From positions 1,426,001 to 1,490,000 of the forward strand of contig CP075497.1 in NCBI GenBank assembly GCA_021613535.1: a DNA stretch of 64,000 nt. The letters are read 5' to 3'. The stretch comes from Adineta vaga (Eukaryota > Animalia > Rotifera). A program made the position numbers and the translations under genes. The stretch's first letter is position 1. Each line of letters begins with the position of its first letter. Shown here one piece after another: positions 23,107 to 36,716 of this stretch. Below the pieces are notes generated by a model. The model worked only from the letters and a program-made list of their open reading frames with translations. It was not told the DNA's origin and made no database searches.

Positions 23107-24271
23107 TTAAATATGAACATTTGTAAATTTATTTTTATATTTAAGTATTAAAATTGATTGTGGTTCTCTATCACCTGAATAACATTCAATATCTAAAATA
23201 AAACAAAACCAATTTGGAATTTTATATATTTAATTCAAATAGAAATCTACATTGAATATTAACAATTGTTAAAAACCAAGTTCGTTTATGAAATAACATC
23301 ACAAACTAAAATTTAAAAAGAAAAACATTTTAAAAAAGATAATAAATCAAAAACAAACTGTATGTCCTTGTGGATAATTAAATTTTCCATCATAAAGACG
23401 TAAAAATTCTAATCCTAATTCATACATTGTTGGTTCATTTGGAATTTGTTTTAATGCATTGACAAAATTTTCAAAAAGCGGTTTTCTTTAAAAATTTCAT
23501 AGTTAAATTTTATTATTTACAAATATTTTATCCTTTACTTTCGTTGAACATTAAGAAGAATTGAATGAATAACACGTCGTCCATGAATGGATATTGTTGG
23601 ACATGGAGGAAGAAATCTTAATTTAATTAAAATCATTATTGAAATATATTAAATTAATATAAATCTTACTGAGCATATCGAATACTATTTGTTGAACTAG
23701 AAGCACTTTCTTGACGAATTCGATGATGAATTGTAGTTGGTATTAAATGATTTAATTTTTCTTGAAAATGATCTGTTAATGATTGACTTGGTAAATCATT
23801 TATTTGTTGATCAAATTGAGAAGACTCAATTTTCTCATTTAGAAAACATTTTAATTCTAAATGAATAAATGAAATTTAATTTAAAAAGAAAAATTGAAAA
23901 TTTTACCATAAAAATATTTATTAAAATTCTCAATAAGAATTTCAATTTGTTGTTTAAAAGAAATGTTTGTATCAAGTTGAAGATTTTTTAATAAACTTTC
24001 AAGATTTTGTTGATTTTTATCAAAATGATTTGAGAGAATATTCCACGAACCATTTATTAAATTATAATTTAATTCAATTTGATTATTTTCATATTGATAA
24101 AGAAAATCATAACCTATAACATCTCTATTATCATTATAACGAATTTCTTTCAATGTTAAATTATCTTTAACTATAAAATAAACGAAACAATTTTATTAAA
24201 TAAGAAGAAAAACAATTCAAAATAAACAAACATTGATCAATAATCTTTTGATTGATATTAAATATATCCAT
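23107..24271 (-). CDS. Hypothetical multi-exon protein, family not recognised
   Basis: About 7 exons with canonical splice sites give open frames, e.g. KPLFENFVNALKQIPNEPTMYELGLEFLRLYDGKFNYPQGHT and DIECYSGDREPQSILILKY. Confidence 0.55.
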
Positions 24272-25410
24272 TTTGTGATTATATAATGAAAAGAAATAAT
24301 AGAAATGAAAATCGAATATATACATTGAGATTTTCACGACATTTCTTCACGTATTTTCTTGAAAGATAAATCATATCAGACGAACAGATACATTCTTATC
24401 ATTTATTCAACAACATTCTTTATAAAATATTAATCAATTTTTGATTTTGATAACAAAATTTGTAGATGTCACTAAGATTCATTTTGATAATATATTTGAA
24501 GAACACTTACGATTTCAATGAGAAAAGTATTCATATAATATAGTCATTGGGTTCGCATTTCCTGAAGAAATCATTTTAAGAAAACTATATAATGTTTATT
24601 CAAATAATCGTTATGAATTCAATACATGAATATTCCCTTTAGAGAATAAAAGAAACATTTAGTTTTATATAATAGAAAATCTTTTGTTTTGTTCACATAT
24701 AGTTTTAATGAATAAAAAGCACTTCTAATAGATACTTTTGTCGCAGTTATTTTTAAAATAATAAGAAAAACAAATGTGACATTGAGTATAAATTGAATAA
24801 ATAATCGAAGATTTGGATTTTCTTAATGAAATTATCATCTAAATCAATTTTCGATCTTCTTCTTCTTTGATTCTATTAGAATTTCTTATTTTATTAAAAT
24901 AAAAATAAATAAACGTTTTTTTTTCGTCTTTCATTTGATTTAATAATAAAAACAAACTTTTTTTTTTCTTCTTTTCTTGTGATGATAAATTATCTGTTGA
25001 AAAGAAATCGACATGGAAAAGAATGATGTTGATTAGTTTTGTTCAGATAGATGATATATTAAAGATCAAAACTGATGCGATTTCTTCTTCTTTTCTATCA
25101 TCTCCATCGATAGTTGAGACTATGATTTCTTTTTTTTCTCTTCTCGTCAATATGGAGAGAGAAAACATTTGCTTTGGAACTTCTTTATTTTAGATAACAC
25201 ATCAATAATCATCAGACAAATCAAATATTCGTTTTTTTATTATGTAAGTATGACAATTCATGAAGAAAATTCTTGATTATTATCACATTTGAAATCTTTC
25301 TCTTTTATAAAGTATTCGAGTAGAACAATCAGTTATAGGAAAATAATTAGCTTGATTTTTCTTTTAGATTTTTGTAAAGAAAAATGTTATTGATTTAAAA
25401 CAGACGCAAA

Positions 25411-26498
25411 ATGGAGACAATTGTAATGAAATCATCAAATGATTTAAGAGTTGATGAAAATATTGAAGAAATTCATGATAAGAATAAATGTTTAAAACCA
25501 ATTTTAAAAGAAAGTAAATGGAAAATAATTAAAGAATCAAATCAACGAATTGTTCCACGATTTTCTCAAGGTGAAATTAAATTAAGTAATATTATTGAAG
25601 AACTTCAAAAAATCTCAATTGAATCACAACAAGGAAAGAAAACAGATGATATTTTAATAAATAATTCTTCAAATTGTATTGAAATATCTCGACGACGATT
25701 AGCACATATTCTTTTATTACCTAAATTTCATTATTCAATTATTGTTTTAGTTATTATCGATCTTATTGTTGTTCTTATTGATTTAGTTCTTGGTAAGTTT
25801 ACATATATATATATATATATCTACTCATTAGATACAAATCTTTTCGATAATTGATAAAAAAAATTCTATAAGATTTACTTTTTTTCGACTAGTAAAAAAA
25901 TTGAATTTCTTTAGCTCAATTATCATCTCCTTGTTTAACAGATACAGAAATGTTGATTTATAATACAACAAATCAACGCGATTCATGTTTACTTCCATAT
26001 TCTTTAAGTTTAAGTCGTGGTGAATTATTTTTATTTTATTTTTCTGTTTTATTATTAATAATATTTGTATTTGAAATCTTTATATCATTTTATGCATTTG
26101 GTTTACGTCATTATACAAATCCATTATATTTATTAGATAGTTTAATTGTATTTACATCATTTATAATGGAATTATATTTTCATTATGGAAATTTAGGACG
26201 TGCTGGACGCGCTGCAGCTGCAATTGTTGTTTTACGTTTATGGAAAATTGTTCGTGCTATTCATGCAGTTGTTCATTCAATAATTTTAAAAAATCGTTTA
26301 ATTATTAAAAAAATACAAGAAGCACAGATCTTAATTGAACAAGAAAAAGAATCAACAGAAAAAATGCTTGAAAAACAAGATATTAAAGTTGAATATTTAA
26401 CAAATCTTTTAAAAACATATGGTAAATTACCATCGAATCAACAAATTAATAATTATGTTGAAAATTTATGGAAACAAAGATATGAAAACGAAAATTAA
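25411..26498 (+). CDS. HVCN1: Voltage-gated proton channel Hv1-like (2 exons)
   Basis: S1 IVLVIIDLIVVLIDL with the selectivity Asp, S2 FVFE, S3 LLDSLIV, S4 LRLWKIVRAIH, and a C-terminal coiled coil. There is no pore domain. Intron ~25793-25914. Confidence 0.85.
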
Positions 26499-26542
26499 AT
26501 CGTTTTTCTTTTTGTAAATAAAAAAAAAACAACCTTTTTCTT

Positions 26543-28954
26543 TTATAAATCAACAAGAATTCCAATTTTAATTGTATTTTCTGGTATTGATGTAAAATTT
26601 AAAGGCATTCCTGGATATAAATTTTTTAAAAATGAATAAATATACAATGGCCATCGTTTGAAATATGATTTCCATCCATTTGTATTTACATGTATGGTTT
26701 CATTAGGAAGATAAAATGTTATTTTTGATTGATTATCTGTTAATGGAAGTTCATAATTTTGTTTAGCTAAATGAAGAATATTAAAAAGATTAATATTTGT
26801 TTCAGCATAACCAAATATAGTTGTAATATGATAAATATTTTGACCAAATTTTCGAATAATTAAACGTTGTTCATCACTAATTGTTGGTATTCGTGCATAA
26901 TCAAGTTTAAGAAAGATTAATATTTCTTGTGTTGCATTGATACGACAAAGAAAATTTTCAAAAACATATGGAGTATATTTCTTTGATGTTGTTAAAAAAC
27001 AACCAATACCTTTCGTAAAACTTATCTTTTCTCTTAAGATTTCATTTTCTTCATTGGATGAATGAAATGCATTTTCAATTATGGAAATTGATACATTATT
27101 TTGTTCATCATCGGTTGAACTATCATCGATTTCTTCATGAACATCATCTTCTTCATCATCATTTTCAATATGATTTAAATTTTGTATATTAAATCGAATT
27201 GGTAAATCTTCAATTAAATTTGTTTTATATTGTTGAGATAAATAGAATCGAAGACAATTATTTCCATAAAACCAACTAAATGAAAAAATAAATAAACCAA
27301 ATGCAATTAGAATTGCAACCCAACCACCAGAATCAATTTTTGTTGTACAAATCGCAGCAAATGTATATAAATCAATAATTAAAAAGATTCCAAATAAACA
27401 AATAATCCAAATTGGTTTTGACCAAGTAAAACGCATCACCATCATATAAAGAATTGTTGTTATAACCATAACACTACAAACAGTTACACCATATGCATCA
27501 GTTATGTTATCACTTGTTTGAAAACCAATTGTTACAGCAAGTGTTAATGCTAAGAGAAAATAATTCACAACGGGAATATAAATATGACTTATAATAGAAT
27601 GTGATGTATGAACAACAGGAAATGGAACACAATAACCCATGGCAACTGCTTGTGAGATTAATGAAAATGAACCAGTTATAACAGCTTGAGAAGCGATTGT
27701 TGCTGCTATGACAGAAAAGACAACAAGTGGCCATAATGCCCAGTCAGGTGCTGAATGATAAAAACTTTGAAAAGAAATGTAAGAATTTCCTATGAATTCT
27801 TTTGATTTGACTTACGGATTATCAATAAATGTTGGATGTAAAATAATTAGTGCACCTTGTCCTAAATAGTTTAATAAAACAGCTGGAAAAACAAGAACAA
27901 ACCATGAAAATCTCATTGGCCATCTTCCAAAATGTCCTAAATCCGCATACATTGCTTCTAAACCTGTAACTGATAAAAATATCGAACCAATTTGATAAAA
28001 ACCTGTTTTTTTTGTTTTTATTAAATAATGTAATGCTTCCCATGGATTAAATGATTTTAATATAATTGGTTTAAATGTTATTCGCCATATTCCAATTATT
28101 ATTAATATAATAAACCATAAAATCATAATTGGTCCAAAACAAATACCAATTTTTAATGAACCCCATCGTTGTACTAAAAATAATATTATTATCATTACAA
28201 CTGATATTCGAACTGTCCATGATGAAAGACTTGATTCAGCAACAACAATACCTTCAACAGCTGATAAAATTGATACAGCTGGTGTTAATGCACTATCACC
28301 TATTAATAAACAAGCAGCTAAAATGGAAATTATACTAACAAATTGTTTTGTTCGATTTCCAAGACAACTTATTTGACTTGTTAATAAACTACATAAAGCA
28401 AATGGACCACCTTCACCACGATTATCTGCCATTAAGATAAATATTGCATATTTTAATGAAACAACTATAATTAAACTCCAAACAATTAATGAGATTGCAC
28501 CAATGACTTCATGTTCTTTAGGAGATGAATCAAATATCGTTTTGACAACATATAATGGAGATGTTCCACTATGGAGAAATGAAATTTCTTTGAATTTAAA
28601 TACATTTCATTGTTAAATAACTTACATATCGCCAAAAACAATTCCAATTGAACGAATTGTCATTGATAAAAATAAAGGAAAATTACTAAAAGGTGAAACT
28701 CGACCAGCCTTAAGACCTTCATCAGATAAGATCACTTGTGGTGCATCGGATGTTGTTATTGTATTTTCTCGACGTTTTAATATACTTGATTTTCGACGAT
28801 AATGTATACGTTGATTTGATCGTTCTCTATTGGATGAATCAGTATCATCATTAAGATGTGTTTCACTTGAATTATTATCAGCATCTGTATAAACAGTATC
28901 ATTAAACCGTACAGTAAAACCATGATTTCTTTCATTTTTATCATTTGAATTCAT
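26543..28954 (-). CDS. KUP/HAK/KT family potassium transporter (3 exons), probable horizontal acquisition
   Basis: GIVFGD|IGTSPLY across an intron, plus ADNRGEGGPFAL, GDSALTPAVSILSAVEG, GLEAMYADLGHF, LNYLGQGA and IYIPVVN. Confidence 0.95.
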
Positions 28955-29479
28955 TGAAAAAATAAACCAATTAAATATATTCTTCTTTGAGTTTATATTT
29001 ATATCACGTATTTTCTCTTCGATTAAAGTTATGCGTCAATGATCACATGTACTTTTTTTTTATGATAAATATAACACCCATTTATATCTTCAACTGACAT
29101 TATCAATCAATCATTTTATTTACGTTTATTTATTTATTTCAAAAATATAAATATCACGAATAATCTTGAAATTACTCGATATAAAGAACAAATTTTAGTA
29201 GACGAATTACATTTTCCAAGGTTTCAACTTCTCAAATAAATATTTTTAAATTCATTTCTATCGATTGTATTTTGCATAAATAAATATTATTTAAAAATAT
29301 AGAACAATCTAAGGTGGATCACATTTCTATTGGATTCAAAATAAATATTAATCTATCGTTGTTTATTCTCGTTTTTTAATTAATAAAATTCAAATTTATC
29401 GAATATATTTTTTTCTTACAAATTTTTAAAAAATTCAATTGATCAAAAAGTTCTTTTCGAATACGAAAGAAAGTTTAAA

Positions 29480-31137
29480 ATGACCAATATAGTATGTGAT
29501 TTTTTAAAACGTCAATATTGGTTAACAATTACAATTGTTTTATTTATTATTGCATCAATTTTAATCATAATTAGTTCTACTATTGTATCAATTGTTATTC
29601 TTCGTACAAAGACAACAAGTTAAAATATATTTTCGAATTAAATTTAAAAAATTCTTTTATATATTTAGCATCAACAAGTGTGACGACTACAACAACAACT
29701 GCACCATTTGGTAAAATATTTCTTCTTAATTTAAGCGTCTCTTGCACTTTCAGAAAACCCAATTTTGTTTTTTCATAGAAAGATCCATCGAAGTCTTCTC
29801 TCCTAGAATATATGTGGTTTTTAAGTGTTATTAATAAATCAGTATATAGGAATTACATATTCAAAACTTTTTTAATGTTTTTCTCAAAATATAGATTCTA
29901 ATCAGGAAAATTGAAATAACTCCTTTCTAATGTGTGCGATAGCTGATATTTTCTTTTTGCTTTTGAAAGTCTAAGTGACAAATCATTCCTGAGAGGAGGG
30001 GAGGGGGATGGGCTTAATCTAATAAAAATCTTCAATATAATTTAAGTTTGTTTTACAATTCCTTCCCCTCGTCCATCAAATCAATGGTTTATTGTCGGAA
30101 ATATGTCAATTCCTCGTCAGTATCATACAAGTACTTATCTGAGTCAAGATAATTCTGTATTAATAGCCAGTGGTTATTATGGAATTGAATTAAAAACAAC
30201 AGAAAAATATAATCAATCAACTGGTTGTTTTCAAAATGGACTTGATATGCCTCGAACACGTCGTTCTCATACAGCTGATATTTTACCTGCATTTCCTGAT
30301 TATATATTTTTTTCTGGTGGTGTTAGTTCAAGTGGAATATTAAATGTTACTGATTTATTTAATCCAATAACAGGAAGTACAATAACACTTCCATTAACAA
30401 CAATACGTTATGCACATGGTTCAACTGTATTAAGTTCATCACAATTAGTTCTTATCGGTGGAATGGATTCAATTGGTCATATAAAAACAGGAGATGCAAT
30501 AATAAGCGGATCAACAACAACTTTTATTGCTTCTAGAAATACAATGAATGTATCTCGTTCTGATCATACAGTAACAAGACTTGGAAATAATTCAGGAATT
30601 ATTTTAATAACTGGTGGTCGAGATGGATCAGCATATTATTCATCAAGTGAATTATATTATGGTGCATCAAATATATTTATATCATTAGGATCAGGTGGAA
30701 TGATGACAACAGCACGTGCTTATCATACAGCAACTTATTTACCAAATTTTAATAAAGTTTTAATAACTGGTGGTCATTATGATGGATGGACTAATCTTAA
30801 TACAATGATTCTTTTTGATATTGCAACGTATTCATTTACAACATTAACAAGTACAATGTCTACATATCGATCATGGCATACAGCAACATTATTACCAAAT
30901 GGAAAAGTTTTAATTGTCGGAGGACATAATAATACCATAGCAACAACTTCTTGTGATCTTATTGATCCATCAAATAATTATTTAACAATACTAATTGCTA
31001 AACTTTCCATTGGAAGATATCAACATACAACTACTTTAATACCAAATAATGAGAATGAGAATAGTACCGTACTTATTTGTGGAGGATTATCAGCACCATC
31101 TGTTGTGTTAAATTCTTGTGAAATTTATTTAATTTAA
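29480..31137 (+). CDS. Type II membrane Kelch-repeat (galactose-oxidase-like propeller) protein with a Thr-rich stalk (3 exons)
   Basis: Exon 1 MTNIVCDFLKRQYWLTITIVLFIIASILIIISSTIVSIVILRTK (TM) and exon 2 STSVTTTTTTAPF. Exon 3 is intronless with ~7 R..HT....GG repeats such as RSWHTATLLPNGKVLIVGG. Confidence 0.85.
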
Positions 31138-31227
31138 AAGAAAGATAACGATATTATATTGTTATCTAAATAAATAAATATCTATATATAAAGATATTCA
31201 TTGTTTTTATTAAAATAAAGAGAAAAA

Positions 31228-32468
31228 ATGAAATCAATCTTTGTTATATTAAGTCTTGTTTTTCTTACTGGAAATTGTTTTCCAAGATTAAATGATTCTT
31301 GGTCTTTATTTAAACGTGTTTTTAATAAAACATATCTATCAAACGAAGAAGAAATTAATCGGTTTGTTTGTCTCATTTTTTCAAAAAAAAAGATAATTTT
31401 TATTTCGAAAATTTCTAGTCGTCAAATTTGGGAAGAAAATTTATCGATGATTGAAAAACATAATCTTGAATCGGATCTTGGTTTACATAGTTATACACTT
31501 GGAATGAATCAATTTGGTGATATGGTAAGAAAATATTCTATACATATGTATCAGAGTTTTCAAATAGGATCGGTTCATTCATTTGAAACGTGAATAATTA
31601 TCGTTGTTTTTTAGACAAATGAAGAATTTCGAAAACAAATGAATGGATTTCAAATGAATTCGAAAATTGAAGATAATGATCATCATACATTTCGAACTCC
31701 ATTAAATTTTGTTTTACCAGATTCTGTTGGTAAAATATTTTGAGATTAGTCTTTTCTTTTTCGAAATTTATTCTAATGAAATAGATTGGCGTCCAAAAGG
31801 TTATGTTACACCTATCAAAGATCAAGGACAATGTGGTTCATGTTGGGCTTTTTCAACAACGGGAGCATTAGAAGGACAACATTTTGCTAAAACATCGAAA
31901 CTTGTTTCACTTTCTGAACAAAATCTAGTTGATTGTTCAGTTAATTTAGGTTGTCATGGTGGAATTATGGAAATTGCTTATTTATATATTAAATCAAATG
32001 GAGGAATTGATACAGAATGGACTTATCCGTATGAAGCACAACGTGAAAAATGTCGTTTTGATCCAAAAAATGTTGGAGCAACTGATACAGTAAGAAGAAT
32101 TCTAATCTAATTTTTGAGAAAATAATTTTTGAATTTGTTTCAAGGGTTTTGTTCAAATCCAATTAGGTAATGAAACAGATCTTCAAGCTGCTATTGCAAC
32201 TGTCGGTCCAATATCAGTTGCTATTGATGCTGCACGTGGATCATTTCAATTTTATTCATCTGGTGTTTATGATGAACCAAAATGTTCATCTTATTTACTT
32301 GATCATGGTGTTTTAGCTGTTGGTTATGGAACTTTAAATACAAAAGATTATTATATTGTTAAAAATTCTTGGGGAACAAATTGGGGTCAACAAGGATACA
32401 TATTAATGAGTAGAAATAATCATAATCAATGTGGTATTGCTACTTCAGCGAGTTATCCACTTGTTTAA
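31228..32468 (+). CDS. CTSL: Cathepsin L-like cysteine protease (papain family C1A), multi-exon
   Basis: Signal peptide and I29 prodomain (LGMNQFGDM), plus [28 protein letters not shown] and [12 protein letters not shown]. Confidence 0.95.
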
Positions 32469-32630
32469 TTTGCTTTTTGCTTTTTTTTTCAAGAATAAAA
32501 TTGATATTTAGAGGGCGTTCTCTTCTTTTACTTTCTGATAGAGGTCAGACGATAGAATTCATTTTCTCAATGGTAATAATCAATAAATAAAAACAGAATA
32601 GAATAGAATTTGATAAATTTATACATAATT

Positions 32631-32846
32631 ATGTCACAAAACGATGAGAAAAAGAATGTATCAACTGAATTACAAGAAGAAGTTTCTGGTACAGCTGGTT
32701 TAGAACGAACAGTTGGAACATCAATTGTTTCAACTGGAAATTTCGAACGAATTGGTGTTGCACCAGCAATGCCTGATACAGGAAATCTTGATCATGCTCA
32801 TACGGATGGAAATAATCAACAAAACGAATCAAAATCAACTAAATAA
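32631..32846 (+). CDS. Small hydrophilic 71-aa protein
   Basis: ATG-initiated, with host-like codon usage and higher GC than the flanks. Rich in Gly/Thr/Glu/Asn, with no Cys, Trp or Tyr. Confidence 0.55.
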   Translation: MSQNDEKKNVSTELQEEVSGTAGLERTVGTSIVSTGNFERIGVAPAMPDTGNLDHAHTDGNNQQNESKSTK

Positions 32847-33082
32847 ATTCTTATTCAAATATCTTTTTCTTAATCAAGCTTTATTTCGATTATTTTTAAT
32901 CTATTCTTTTTCTAAATAAATTCATGTTAGTAAAAAGAAAAGAATTAAAGTATTTTCTCATTTATTGTGTTATTCATAAAGATGATAAATGAATAAACAA
33001 ACGGTATTTTCAAACAATATTTCAACACATGACGATGAAAGATATTTTCTTGATGAATAGAATAAGAAAATGTGTTGAATAT

Positions 33083-33669
33083 TTATAAACGACGACCACG
33101 TCGACCACCTTTTCGTCTGGTACTATCTGATGGAATTGGTGTTACATCCTCTATTCAATAAGAAAAAAGAAAAACGAAATAAAATTTAATTAAATAGAAA
33201 AGAAATCAACAAACCAATTCTTCCAATTTTAATACCAGATCGAGCAAGTGCTCGAAGAGCTGATTGAGCACCAGGTCCCGGTGTTTTAGTTTTATTTCCG
33301 CCAGTTGCACGAAGTCGAACATGTAAAGCAGTAATACCTAAACCTCTACAACGTTCGGAAACATCTTGTGCAGCTAACATAGCGGCATATGGTGAAGCTT
33401 CATCACGATCGGCTTTAACTTTCATTCCACCAGTTACACGAGCGATTGTTTCTCTATCGAGGAAAAAAAAAAGGTAAAATACTTTTCTTTTCTTTTTTCA
33501 AAATTCTTAACTAAACTTACTTTCCCGAAAGATCAGTGACATGAACAAAAGTATCATTGAAACTTGCATAAATATGAGCAACACCAAAGTTTAATTCACC
33601 TTCAGCTAATTGTGGACCTAAACTAACTTGTTCTTGCTTAGCTACTTGTTGACCTTTACGTGGACCCAT
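33083..33669 (-). CDS. RPS14: 40S ribosomal protein S14 (uS11), 3 coding exons
   Basis: [23 protein letters not shown]|[31 protein letters not shown]...|[22 protein letters not shown]. Confidence 0.98.
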
Positions 33670-33934
33670 GGATTTTGTTTTCTTCTTTTTTTATAGAAAA
33701 TCTAGAGAAAAAAAATATTCTTTGATTGAAATTTTCCGAAAAAAATGGATTTAGATCTTTTTTCTTCTTCTCGAAATGATTTATGTAAATAAACCAATGA
33801 AATTCTTTGTTCAAGATCTTATTGAAATTTCCTCCGAATGATTTTAACGAAAAAATCTTCGAAGAAAATTTTCAATAAATATTTTTCAATAGTTTTAAAC
33901 AAAGATTTTTGTGAAATAAATTCAACGAAAATAG

Positions 33935-35572
33935 ATGTCGCTAATGACAAAAGATTTCTATTCGATAAGTGGAAGAATTCTCATTCTGTCTGATACTTCT
34001 TCTAGTCGCATGAAAATGACTTCAATAAATCTAAATTTAATATTTTATATAATTAATTTAATATTTAATGGATTAATAATTCGTTCAATTAATTTAAATT
34101 CAATTGGAATAGGAAATATTCGTTTTGTATTTCTTTATCGTTCATTCATATTTCTTCCTCGAGATTTTCTTCGTTATCAAATCGAAAAAACTCATCGAAT
34201 TTCTTCAATAAATCATTATATTAATTATCTTTGGTTATTCTTCTTCATTCAATTCATTTTTTTTCTATTCGCATTTCTTTCCTTCGAAACATCGTCGCAT
34301 TTATTTTTATTCTCAACATTTATTGAATTATTCTCTGAACCATTTGATTTATTATCAACAATTACAAACAATCATTCAATACAAATTTATATCGAATTCT
34401 TTGCTTCAATCATCGGTAAATATCTTCAAGAAGAGAATAATTGAACGTTTTTCTCATTGTTGTTATTTTAATTAGGATTTAGTATTCGAACATATTTGAT
34501 ATTAAAATCTCCTGAAAATAGTTTATATTATTATGGAATTGGTTATTTAATTTCATCATTAATTATTACATTGAGTTATTTCGGATATTTTCTTCAACTT
34601 AATAAAGAAAAACGTCGTGAAATCTTTTTAATTTCATCATTATTTGATTTATTATTTAAACCATTATTTCCATTGGTTGATCATAAATTTCTTTTAAATT
34701 CATTAAAATCATTCAAAGAATATTTTTATGAAAAACTTTCAAAAGAAATTATTCCAATTTATTTCATCATTTTCTTTTCTCTATTCTCCAATGAAGAACA
34801 AGGCATATTTTATTTAATATTTTCCTTGATTTCAATCCTACCAAATCTAATTTATCCAAAAATTGAACAAATTTCAATAAATTATTTTCATAAAACATTT
34901 TCAAAGATTCAAACCAATGAAATTCTTCATCCAAAAGATATTTCATTAAATCAAACAATAATATTAAATAGTTACGTATTATTAAATAAATTAATTCGTT
35001 TTTTCATTCTATTTTATCTCTTAACGTTCGTATTTATAATGTCATATAGTTCGAAATTATTAAATCTTTATATTGGATCAAATCTTATCTTAAAATCTTC
35101 TTTAAATCTTTATTTAATAAATTTTCTATTCAATGGAATTAATTTATTTCATAAATCTTATGTAAAATCATTAAAATTAAATACAAATTTAAAAATAATT
35201 AATTTATTAATTTATTATTTATGTAATTATTTCTTTATAAAATATTTTCATTTTAATGGATTTATTTTTATTAATATAATTCATAATATTCTACAAATAC
35301 TTTTAAATAATTATCTTATTCATAAAAATATCATTAAAATTGAAATTAAACGAATTTCATTCTTATCAATTGATTATTTATTAATCTTATTAATCTCATA
35401 TACAATGTGTTATATAAGTCAATATTTTATTGAAAATCTTTATCAAGAATTTATATTTGTTATTGGTTTATATTTAACAATGAATTGTTTATTATTAATG
35501 GAAGAAAAAGAAACATTTCATTATATTTATTGTGTTTATAAATTAAATTTCGTTTCTCAAATAAATTCGTAA
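33935..35572 (+). CDS. Divergent RFT1-like multipass membrane protein (2 exons; start may be 34010)
   Basis: IFNGLIIRSINLNSIGIGNIRFVFLYRSFIFLPRDFLR resembles the RFT1 N-terminal motif. Also EEQGIFYLIFSLISILPNLIYPKIEQ, and many TM segments. Confidence 0.6.
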
Positions 35573-35835
35573 AAAGAAAATACTGAAATGTAGATGTCGT
35601 ATGTTTTGAAAGTAGCGAGGAATGTATATTAAAACCGAACGTGTTGTTTTTCTTTCTTCTTCTTCTTCTCTATTTCTATTTGTCGAGAAAGAATTTTCTT
35701 TTGAGTAAATCTTCTCGTAAATTATATGACGAAGAAGTCTTTTGTTCATCCTTATCAAAAACGTGTCGTGAAAAGAAATCTTCTGGAGAGAAGAAGAAAA
35801 AAAGAAAGAAACGATCTGGTTTTTGCTGGAGAATT

Positions 35836-36657
35836 ATGTCTGAACAAGTTGATCAACGTTTTCAATGTAAGTAGAATAGAAAATTAGAAAAGTAAATCTA
35901 AAAGTCAAATTCAGATCTAGGTAATCTTCCTTTAACCAATATTCCAATAATAAAATTAATATTTTTCTCAACATTTTTTAATTTAATATTATTTATAATT
36001 CTTCCATCAAAATTACAACCTTTAATTAAAACGTATATAATCTCAACATTTCATGCGATAATATCAATTTTAAGTGTATTATCTTATTTTTGTAAATATG
36101 AAATAAATTTTAAAGAAATCAATCGAGTTGTTGGAGGAGGTGTTTTTGGTACAGGTGATGAAATAATGATTTATAATATTTGTTATACAACAGGTTATCT
36201 TTTATATGATTTAATTATAATGTTATTTTATAAATCAGTTCGATCATTTTCAGCAATAATTCATCATATTTTAATCATTTTATCATTTCTAATTGGAATA
36301 TTTAATCAAATATGTCATCCATGTCATTTTTATTTTTTAATTGAAGAATTATCGACAATTCCATTAAATTTAAAATCCATTTATCATGAAAATAAGAAAT
36401 TACATCAAATCTTTTCAATATTATTTGTTATTTCTTTTTTTCTAAGTCGTTTAATTTTTGGAACAATTATTTGTTTTTATGGATTTCGTTTCGCACCAGT
36501 ATTTTTTCGATTAGCTTGGTTCAATAATGATTTTTTATCATTTAGTCTTGGTATTATTCAAGCTTTATTATGTGTATTAACACGAATATTAAATTTTTAT
36601 TGGGCTTTTTTAATTTTAAGAAAAATCTTTTCAAAGAAATCATCGAAAAATCAATAA
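35836..36657 (+). CDS. TLC (TRAM/LAG1/CLN8) domain membrane protein (2 exons)
   Basis: ISTFHA, GYLLYDL, IIHH, EELSTIPLN, FFLSRL and LNFYW motifs. Confidence 0.85.
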
Positions 36658-36716
36658 AAAGATATTTCTTCTTTCTCGATCTATGTTATGTTTATAATTA
36701 TATACGATTCACTGGT

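Noticed and set aside
25411-26498. Voltage-sensing phosphatase or Kv fragment
   Set aside because: No phosphatase or pore domain follows S4. The coiled coil and RxW motif point to Hv1.
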